Shown piece by piece: positions 28,917-36,668 of a stretch of DNA of 64,000 bases. A program made the position numbers and the translations under genes. Every line of letters begins with the position of its first letter. The stretch's first letter is position 1. The stretch is from an uncultured Eubacteriales bacterium (GTDB taxonomy: Bacteria > Bacillota > Clostridia > Christensenellales > Borkfalkiaceae). Below the pieces are notes generated by a model, which was given only the letters and a program-made list of their open reading frames with translations, did no database searches and was not told the DNA's origin. The stretch covers positions 46,288 through 110,287 of the forward strand of contig CAUGYD010000006.1 in the NCBI GenBank assembly GCA_959603585.1. Direction: 5' to 3'.

Positions 28917-30103
28917 ATACGGAAATCAAACTCGATTATAGCGATATAAAATTCAAGAATGACGGCAGATTAAAACTACTGATTATCGTAGGGACGCGTC
29001 CGGAGATTATCCGTCTTGCAGCGGTGATTACAAAATGTCGGAAGTATTTTGATTGTATTCTTGCGCATACGGGACAGAATTACGATTATACCTTAAACGG
29101 GATATTTTTTCATGACCTCAAACTCAAAGCCCCGGAAGTGTATATGGACGCGGTGGGCGAGGATTTGGGGGCGACAGTGGGGAATATCATCAACTGTTCC
29201 TATAAGCTGATGAATCAAATCTGCCCCGAGGCATTACTGATTCTCGGAGATACGAACAGCTGTCTTTCAGCAATCGCGGCGAAGAGATTGCATATCCCGA
29301 TATTTCATATGGAAGCGGGGAATCGTTGTAAAGACGAATGTTTGCCTGAAGAGACAAACCGTCGGATTGTAGATATTATTTCGGACGTGAATATGGCATA
29401 CAGCGAACACGCGAGAAGATATTTGGCGGAATGCGGTCTGCCGAAAGAGAGGACGTATGTAACGGGAAGCCCGATGGCAGAAGTATTGCATAATAATCTC
29501 GACGAGATTGAAAAAAGCAATATCCTTGAAAAACTGAATTTAGAACCGAGAAAATATATCTTGCTTTCGGCACATAGAGAGGAGAATATAGATACGGAGA
29601 AGAATTTCTTATCATTGTTCAATGCAATCAATAGATTAGCGGAGAAATACGATAAGCCGATATTATATTCCTGTCATCCGAGAAGCAAAAAACGTTTGGA
29701 CGAAAACGGATTTAAGTTGGATAAGAGAGTAATCCGCCACGAGCCTTTGGGATTTCATGATTATAATAAGTTGCAGATGAACGCATATGCGGTAGTGTCG
29801 GACAGCGGGACGTTACCGGAGGAAAGCAGTTATTTCACGAGTATAGGAAAGTCGTTTCCGGCGGTGTGTATCCGAACGAGTACGGAGAGACCGGAAGCGT
29901 TGGATAAAGGCTGTTTCATATTGGCCGGGATAGACGAGAAGTCCTTATTACAAGCAGTAGAAACGGCAGTTAGGATGAACGATGAAGGGGATTACGGAAT
30001 CCCCGTACCCGACTACACGGACGAGAATGTGTCGACAAAGGTAGTAAAACTCATACAGTCATATACAAGTGTCGTCAATAAAATGGTTTGGAGAAAGTTC
30101 TGA
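28913..30103 (+). CDS. fnlC: FnlC/CapG-type UDP-N-acetyl-L-talosamine/L-fucosamine 2-epimerase
   Basis: It belongs to the non-hydrolysing UDP-GlcNAc 2-epimerase family, with an N-terminus LLIIVGTRPEIIRLAAVI. It is the third gene of the fnlABC arrangement. Its last 50 bp are duplicated at 12045. Confidence 0.8.
   Translation: MNTEIKLDYSDIKFKNDGRLKLLIIVGTRPEIIRLAAVITKCRKYFDCILAHTGQNYDYTLNGIFFHDLKLKAPEVYMDAVGEDLGATVGNIINCSYKLMNQICPEALLILGDTNSCLSAIAAKRLHIPIFHMEAGNRCKDECLPEETNRRIVDIISDVNMAYSEHARRYLAECGLPKERTYVTGSPMAEVLHNNLDEIEKSNILEKLNLEPRKYILLSAHREENIDTEKNFLSLFNAINRLAEKYDKPILYSCHPRSKKRLDENGFKLDKRVIRHEPLGFHDYNKLQMNAYAVVSDSGTLPEESSYFTSIGKSFPAVCIRTSTERPEALDKGCFILAGIDEKSLLQAVETAVRMNDEGDYGIPVPDYTDENVSTKVVKLIQSYTSVVNKMVWRKF
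30054..30103 (+). repeat. Direct repeat copy 2 (3' terminus of fnlC including the stop codon)
   Basis: This 50-nt stretch is identical to 12045-12094. Confidence 0.9.
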
Positions 30104-30204
30104 TGGACGAAAAAATCTCAATTTTTTCACAGAAAATTCCGTGATTAGTTGAGATTTCTACCATATAAATAAAGGACTATGGAAATATAAATTTAAAAAG
30201 GAAT

Positions 30205-30373
30205 TAAACTTTTTACAAAAGAAAGCCGTACTCTCAAAAGGAGTACGGCTTTCAACAAATATACTTGGGAACTGTGAACGAAAGAATGGTTGTCTATACC
30301 AATAGGTATAAAGTCGATTCGATGTCGATCATTAGACGAATCTTTAACCGCTTATGACAACAACGAATTTCTA
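30205..30373 (-). ncRNA. Candidate sRNA 2 (minus strand), defined by promoter plus intrinsic terminator
   Basis: On the minus strand there is a -35 TTGACA (plus coordinates 30408-30403), a 17-nt spacer and a -10 TACAAT (30385-30380). Downstream is a 13-bp perfect hairpin gaaagccgtactc/gagtacggctttc (30221-30253) followed by UUUUGUAAAAAGUUU on the minus strand. The only ORF in the transcript is a 12-codon one. Confidence 0.3.
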
Positions 30374-30688
30374 AAATATATTGTAGCGTATTCTTTATGA
30401 TTTGTCAATCACTTTTGAACGATTAGCTAATATTTTTTTATATATTTATTTCAGGGGCGAATGTGACATTCGTATTTGAGCCATCGTGAAATCCTCGGGA
30501 AAATTCGATGATGTCCGTATAGCTCGAAATTGGTGTTTTAAGACGCATTAAAGGGTTGGATGAGAATGGGTCGGGAAAGTGCGGAATTCTTCTCTTAGGA
30601 GTAAAAGAATAGGCTTTAACAGAGTTTTGATAAATAAATGTTCGCGCAAGTTTTCAAAAACATAGAAAATAAAAACACCGTTGCTTCA

Positions 30689-30797
30689 CAAAAAGAAACC
30701 ACGCCCCGAAAGGGGCGCGGTCTCTAAACAAAAACTATACCTAATGGATTGAACTGATGATGTATGAACAATATTAAGCTTATCTAAATATATTTTA
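30689..30797 (-). ncRNA. Candidate sRNA 1 (minus strand), defined by promoter plus intrinsic terminator, divergent from the hipB promoter
   Basis: On the minus strand there is a -35 TTGACA (30820-30815), a 17-nt spacer and a -10 TAAAAT (30797-30792). Downstream is the hairpin ccgcgcccc-tttc-ggggcgtgg (30699-30720) followed by UUUCUUUUUG. The transcript is about 100 nt and contains no AUG. Confidence 0.35.
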
Positions 30798-30947
30798 CCG
30801 AAAAATCAAACAGTTGTCAATATATTTTTGGGATAAATTCAAAAATTTTTTATAAAAAATCGTAAATTTTTTGCAAGAGAAAAAATTGTTCTTTTTTGAG
30901 CACTTTTTCTTTACAAATCCAAAAAAATATGCTAAAATATTAGCACT

Positions 30948-31241
30948 ATGAAAAATCGATTCGATATAAGCGCCTTTGTGAACGTGTTGACGGTCCAAAC
31001 GGCTATGGAAAATTTAGCACAGCGTTTTCGGAAAAGACGGAAGGAGAAAAAACTTTCTCAGAAAAGAATTGCTCAGCAATCCGGAGTGAGTTACGCTTCC
31101 GTGCGCCGTTTTGAAAGTAGCGGACGAATTTCCCTTCATTCGCTGATGGAGCTCGCACGTGTTCTCGGCTGCCTCGAAGATTTTAACGAGCTGTTCAAAA
31201 CGCCCGTTATTTCTGACTTAGAAGATTACGACGATGATTAA
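30948..31241 (+). CDS. hipB: XRE-family HTH antitoxin, HipB-like
   Basis: The HTH motif LSQKRIAQQSGVSYASVRRFESSG and an acidic C-tail are present. Its stop overlaps the hipA start by 8 nt. An extended -10 TGcTAAAAT lies 9 nt upstream of the ATG at 30948, so the mRNA may be leaderless. An alternative start is at 31005. Confidence 0.7.
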   Translation: MKNRFDISAFVNVLTVQTAMENLAQRFRKRRKEKKLSQKRIAQQSGVSYASVRRFESSGRISLHSLMELARVLGCLEDFNELFKTPVISDLEDYDDD

Positions 31242-32328
31242 AAACATTAAAAAACTTACTGTAAAATATAATGATAGGACCGTAGGAATTCTGGCTGAGG
31301 TGGAAGAAGGGAAAATCGCGTTTCAGTATGACGAAAAGTGGGTGAAGAACGGTTTTTCGGTTTCGCCGGTTTCGCTTCCCTTGAATAGGGAAGTATATGT
31401 CAATCGTAAAGATACGTTTGAAGGATTGTATGGGGTGTTTCATGATTCTCTGCCCGACGGTTGGGGGGAACTTCTCGTCAGCCGCATGTTGGTGAAACAA
31501 GGAATGAATTATGCGGAGCTTTCTCCGCTCACGAAGCTTTCAATCGTTTCGGAAAACGGGCTCGGAGGGTTAACGTATGAACCGTCTCAAACGGAGAAAG
31601 AGAGCGTCGGCTATAACCTCGATGCTTTGGCGCAGCAGGCGGCAGACGTTTTGGAGGACGGAGACATCAATGCCGATTTGGATACGATTTATTATTTGGG
31701 CGGTTCGAGCGGAGGCGCTCGTCCCAAAGTGCATGTTCGTGAGGGAAAAGAGGAATGGATTGTGAAGTTTCCTTGCCGTATCGATTCGCCCGAATCTGGG
31801 CGGAAAGAGCTAGAAATGAATTTCGCTGCCAAACGCTGCGGAATCGACGTAAATGAATGTAAATTGTTTCCGTCGAAGATCTGCGGCGGATATTTCGGCG
31901 CGAAACGTTTTGACAGGCAGGACGGAAAGCATTTGCATATGATTTCCCTTTCGTCCGTTTTGGAAACGACGCATCGCGTACCCAATCTCGACTATATGCA
32001 CTTGTTTCAGGTGATTTCCGTCATCTGCGGCGATATGAACGACTTGTACGAGGCTTTTCGGCGGATGTGTTTCAATGTTTTTTATGAAAACAAGGATGAC
32101 CACGGAAAAAATTTTTCCTTTCTCTACGACGAAAAGAGATATATGTATCGTCTGTCTCCCGCTTACGATTTGACGCAAACTCCGAATAAACCCGAACATG
32201 AAATGACGGTTCTCGGAAACGGCAATCCGACGGAAGAGGACTTGATCGCCGTCTCCAAAGAACTGAACCTTTCCCGAAAGCGCTGTATTCATATCTTGGA
32301 AACGGTGAAAAAGGGGGAATATCAGTAA
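31234..32328 (+). CDS. hipA: HipA-family serine/threonine kinase toxin
   Basis: The HipA N-terminal domain is followed by the catalytic motifs GGSSGGARPKV and DDHGKNFSF (compare D-x-H-x-KN-x-S) and by SPAYDL. Confidence 0.85.
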   Translation: MIKNIKKLTVKYNDRTVGILAEVEEGKIAFQYDEKWVKNGFSVSPVSLPLNREVYVNRKDTFEGLYGVFHDSLPDGWGELLVSRMLVKQGMNYAELSPLTKLSIVSENGLGGLTYEPSQTEKESVGYNLDALAQQAADVLEDGDINADLDTIYYLGGSSGGARPKVHVREGKEEWIVKFPCRIDSPESGRKELEMNFAAKRCGIDVNECKLFPSKICGGYFGAKRFDRQDGKHLHMISLSSVLETTHRVPNLDYMHLFQVISVICGDMNDLYEAFRRMCFNVFYENKDDHGKNFSFLYDEKRYMYRLSPAYDLTQTPNKPEHEMTVLGNGNPTEEDLIAVSKELNLSRKRCIHILETVKKGEYQ

Positions 32329-33205
32329 ATTGGGGAAACGTTGTCATAATAAAGAAAATCGTGGAGTTTCCTCTCGAAGATTTTCACAATTTTATTTATT
32401 ATTTTACATAGAATCTTTTACCTTCAAAATCATGGTATCAATTGATGTCTGATATACCGGTAATGCCTTTAAGTACTATATAGTATATTTTCAGCATATT
32501 TCACCATAATATATTTGATTCATGGATGCTTCGTAAAAAAATTTATTGACGATGAAGGAATCGTATGCTATAATGGATGTAAAAATTTGAGACTTGTATG
32601 ATAGATACAATGAAAGGAAATCTGGCCTATACGGGAAGGGAACACAGAAATGGTTTGTATCCAGTGTTTTTTTTAACATTTCCCGTCGTTGGCTTTTGGA
32701 TATTTTTCGTCTATGTCAATATAACCTCGATATTTATGGCTTTTCAGTAGCCGAATTACAACGATGGCGGATTGAAAGAAGTATATACGCTTGAAAAATT
32801 CAGGAAGATATTTAATTTTTCAAATGTGGATTTCAAGACCCCTTGTCAATAAAATAGTCTTTCTAAAATTGAAATTTTATGGTACTCGCGAATACGAAAA
32901 AAGGAATAAGTCAAACAAACATAATTCTATAGAGATTAAAAAAGAAAGTGAATTACAGGCGAGACAATTGTCTTGTCTGTTTTTTCTTTTATATTGAGTA
33001 AAGTTCCATTCTCGACGATCATTATTAACTCAAAACATTGACTTTTTATTGTTGTTAGAGTATGATATAGTTAAGGTTGGAAAAGAATTTGAGAGTTTGG
33101 TTTATACGATTAGCGCAAAACAGTGAATTTAATTATGAAACAAATAAATCGAAATGAAGACATGGCGATGGAAAGATTCGTTCATTTTTGTCTGGAGGGG
33201 ATATA

Positions 33206-35680
33206 ATGAGTAAGACATCGGATTTTAAAAAGATGACAAGTTGCATTATAGATCCAATTGCGGATAAGTATACAGAATATGAAAAGTTAAAGACAGAATG
33301 CGCGCAATTACGAGCGGAAAATACGAAATTAAGAGAGAAATTAGATAGTCTGTGCATTCGTTACGGTATAGAATTACCCGACGAAGATAATTCCAGTGAT
33401 GTCGCTTCGGAAGCAGAAAAGACTGAAGAAATATCCCCCGCTGTGACAAATTGCAGTACGTCCGAAGAAAAAATCGAGTTATTTATGTCGCTGTTCCGTG
33501 GGCGGGAGGACGTATGCGCCAAACGCTGGCACAGCGAAAAGAGTGGAAAAAGCGGGTATCAACCGGTATGCCTAAACGAATGGAATACATGGCTTTGCGA
33601 TAAGAGGAAAACGAAGTGTGCGGATTGTAAAAACAGAAAATTTGCTCCGCTTACGGAAAATGTTATCCGCAAGCATTTACAGGGAAAAGTCGCAAATAGC
33701 ACGGATACAATCGGCGTATATCCGTTGACGAAGGATGAATGCTGTTATTTTCTCGTCATAGATTTTGACGGTGAAGGTTGGAAAGAAGATATTTCCGCCG
33801 TGCGGGAAATATGCGGAAAAAATGATATTCCCGTTCTTGCCGAACGTTCTAGATCGGGGCAGGGCGGACACCTTTGGTTCTTCTTTACGGATAAAGTCAA
33901 AGCCTCACAGGCCCGGAGATTGGGAACTCTTCTGATTAACGGAGCTATGCAGGTAAGACACGACATCGGCTTTTCTGCGTATGACAGATTATTCCCTAAT
34001 CAAGATGTCATGCCGAAAGGAGGTTTCGGAAATTTGATCGTGCTGCCGTTACAGGGCGGTCCGCGTCGAAACGGAAACAGTGTATTCGTCGATGAAGATT
34101 TTAAGGAATATCCCGACCAGTGGCAGGTCCTTGCCTGCGTTTCGCGGATAGATGAGGAAAAACTAAAAGAAAAGGTTAGAGTACTTTCAATATATGACGA
34201 GCCAGTTGAACAATCAATATTGCGGACAACTGAAAGTCATGACGGCAGAAAGCAAAAATCAGGCTTGTCCGCCGAGGATTTTCCGTCGATTATCCGTATT
34301 TCTTGTTCAAATATGATCTATACGGAAAAAAGCGGCGTTTCCGAACGGGCGCTCGGCGCGATTAAACGAATGGGCGTATATGCCAATCCCGAGTTTTTTA
34401 AGGCTCAAAAAATGCGTTTACCTACTTATGGAAAACCGAGATTTATTTGCGTGTACGAAGAGGACGATGCATATATCGTAATTCCGCGTGGGCGGCTCGA
34501 CAGGTTACGCTCGCTGTTAAAAGAAGCGGGAGTGCAATTTTTGTTGGACGACAGAAGGAACGGCGGAGAAAAAATCAAGGTATCCTTTAACGGAACTTTG
34601 CGTGAAGAACAACAGCGCGCGTTTTCGGCGCTTATGTCGCGCGATACGGGTGTATTGTCGGCAACTACTGCGTTCGGAAAGACGGTGGTCGGGGCGCGAA
34701 TGATTGCCGAAAGAAAACGAAATACATTGGTATTGGTACATACTTCGGCACTTCTCAACCAATGGAAATCCACTTTGACGAAATTTCTTGATTTTGGTTA
34801 TGAATTGCCCGAATGGAAAAAAACGCGAGGCCGGAAGAAAGAACTTTCGTATATCGGGCAACTGGGTGCGGCCAAAAATACGCTGAACGGCAAAATCGAT
34901 ATTGCGATTATGCAGTCTCTCGGCGGAAAAAACGGTGTAAAGGAGATTGTTAAGAATTACGGCCTCGTTATCGTAGACGAATGTCATCATGTACCCGCGC
35001 TCATGTTCGAGCAAGTGCTGAAAGCGGTGAATGCAAAATATGTTTATGGTTTGACGGCGACGCCTGTTCGCGCGGACGGAGGCTTGAAAACGCTCAATCG
35101 GATTTTTTCGGAGCTTTGTGTAAGCAAAAACCGCAACAAATTAATAGTGGACGACGTTGTGAAAACGGTGGATTGCGGTCGTATGCCCATTGTCTTGACC
35201 GAACGTTCCGAACACGCGAAACTGTTAACCGACGAAATCGAAAAACGGAGCGTAAAGGTCTTCTTGCTGGTCGGGAAAGAATCGGCAAAACTCAAAAGGG
35301 AAAAATTGGCGGAGATTGCCGCCGCAAAGCCTTTGGAGCGCTTTGCGATTGTAGCGATCGGTCGATATGTGGGAGAAGGCTTCGATTTCGCGAGACTGGA
35401 CACGCTGTTTTTGGCTATGCTTATTTCGTGGAAAGGAAAACTGACACAATACGCGGGACGGCTTCACCGAGATTATGCGGGTAAAAACGAAGTAATTATT
35501 TACGATTATGTCGATTTGAACGTATCAATGCTCGAAAATATGTATCATAAGAGATTGAAGGGCTATAAAGATATCGGTTACGAGATCCATGCGGACATAA
35601 AATCGTGCAAGCGTGGTACTACTTGTGATGTAATTTATAAGGAAGGGACAGGGAGAAAATGCTCATTGACAGGGAAATGA
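33206..35680 (+). CDS. Multidomain protein: coiled-coil, Cys-rich region, PrimPol/AEP-like domain, SF2 DEAD/DEAH-type helicase
   Basis: The RBS GGAGGGG lies 5 nt before the ATG at 33206. Residues about 20-55 form a coiled-coil (heptad pattern). Around residue 100 is a Cys cluster (CAKRW...CLNEWNTWLCDKRKTKCADC). AEP-like motifs are present: hhhhDhD (YFLVIDFDGEG), sGxGxH (SRSGQGGHLWFFF) and motif III (RHDIGF...DRLFP). The C-terminal half is an SF2 helicase with Walker A TAFGKTVVG, Walker B VIVDECHHVPA, motif III LTATPVRADG and an Arg-finger region GRYVGEGFDFARLDTLFLA. Confidence 0.6.
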   Translation: MSKTSDFKKMTSCIIDPIADKYTEYEKLKTECAQLRAENTKLREKLDSLCIRYGIELPDEDNSSDVASEAEKTEEISPAVTNCSTSEEKIELFMSLFRGREDVCAKRWHSEKSGKSGYQPVCLNEWNTWLCDKRKTKCADCKNRKFAPLTENVIRKHLQGKVANSTDTIGVYPLTKDECCYFLVIDFDGEGWKEDISAVREICGKNDIPVLAERSRSGQGGHLWFFFTDKVKASQARRLGTLLINGAMQVRHDIGFSAYDRLFPNQDVMPKGGFGNLIVLPLQGGPRRNGNSVFVDEDFKEYPDQWQVLACVSRIDEEKLKEKVRVLSIYDEPVEQSILRTTESHDGRKQKSGLSAEDFPSIIRISCSNMIYTEKSGVSERALGAIKRMGVYANPEFFKAQKMRLPTYGKPRFICVYEEDDAYIVIPRGRLDRLRSLLKEAGVQFLLDDRRNGGEKIKVSFNGTLREEQQRAFSALMSRDTGVLSATTAFGKTVVGARMIAERKRNTLVLVHTSALLNQWKSTLTKFLDFGYELPEWKKTRGRKKELSYIGQLGAAKNTLNGKIDIAIMQSLGGKNGVKEIVKNYGLVIVDECHHVPALMFEQVLKAVNAKYVYGLTATPVRADGGLKTLNRIFSELCVSKNRNKLIVDDVVKTVDCGRMPIVLTERSEHAKLLTDEIEKRSVKVFLLVGKESAKLKREKLAEIAAAKPLERFAIVAIGRYVGEGFDFARLDTLFLAMLISWKGKLTQYAGRLHRDYAGKNEVIIYDYVDLNVSMLENMYHKRLKGYKDIGYEIHADIKSCKRGTTCDVIYKEGTGRKCSLTGK

Positions 35681-36267
35681 GCAAAGACCGAAAGTTCAAA
35701 TATATTTGTCGAAGGTTCGGTGTAGTTATCAAAATTCCGACTATAAATTATTTATTCCCACATTCAAAAAAGAGCAATTTGGGGGGCAGAATCTTTCGAA
35801 TACGCAAAGAAAATTATTGCATTATTCAATATCGAACATTTATGGCGTCGTCATTTTCAATTTATTTTCCAAGGGTAAAGCATAGGATATCTATTGTTAC
35901 TATGGTTGCAGTGAACCAGAAGTATTACTTTCAGACGAACGGACCGTAGGACTGGATATAACAGATTTTGTTCGCTGATAGAAATTTTAAATAAATTCCA
36001 TAGAAAGACGGGCACTGATATTATTATAATTACTTACGAAGCAATGTGTAGAAACACTCTGTGATAGAACTTACCTTATAGAACACGGCATGGTAGCGAG
36101 GCAGGCGGTAAAGAACTTATCGAAGAATATTTTCAGAGATAAGAGGAAATCCTTTACTATGCAAATATCTAGGACGTTAGGAGACGGTAAAAATCAGTCT
36201 GGAAAACTTGACAAATAACTAATAAGGCGATATAATATACATAAAGAATCAATAAGGATTAAAAGAC

Positions 36268-36630
36268 ATGCGAGGATTGGTCTTTTTAGTCTGGTGTGTT
36301 TTGCCTGTAATTATTCTACTGTTTTTTTCTTTGAAACCAATGAAAAAGACAGCTGTAATCAGGAAACATCTCAGAGATAAAAGAATGAGCGGCAAAGGAG
36401 AAAAGTTCGATATGTTGAATCTCATCAATCGTTTTATCGGAAAAAAATGTGATATCTCGACAATAGACGAAGAATATACGGGCGTAATTGAGTCGGTCGA
36501 AGAAAATTGGCTCGTTGTTCGTAGCGGAGATTCCGATGCGGAAGAAATCATTAATTTGGAGTATGTAACGAGCGTCCGTCAGTGTCGGGAAAAGAAGAAA
36601 AAGCTCGTTTCGGAAAAACAGACAGTATAA
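36268..36630 (+). CDS. Hypothetical small protein
   Basis: A 120-aa ORF that converges on tmcAL. The N-terminus is hydrophobic, and an alternative start at the MSGKGEKF Met is possible. No recognisable motif is present. Confidence 0.3.
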   Translation: MRGLVFLVWCVLPVIILLFFSLKPMKKTAVIRKHLRDKRMSGKGEKFDMLNLINRFIGKKCDISTIDEEYTGVIESVEENWLVVRSGDSDAEEIINLEYVTSVRQCREKKKKLVSEKQTV

Positions 36631-36668
36631 AACGATTCCCTTTTTCCTTGAAGGAAAAAGGGAATTTT

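Noticed and set aside
32594-32997. Two small ORFs (66 and 68 aa) in the hipA to helicase intergenic region, considered as possible additional toxin or immunity genes.
   Set aside because: They have no RBS and no recognisable fold motifs, and their composition follows the local AT-richness. The region is more consistent with a leader or sRNA.
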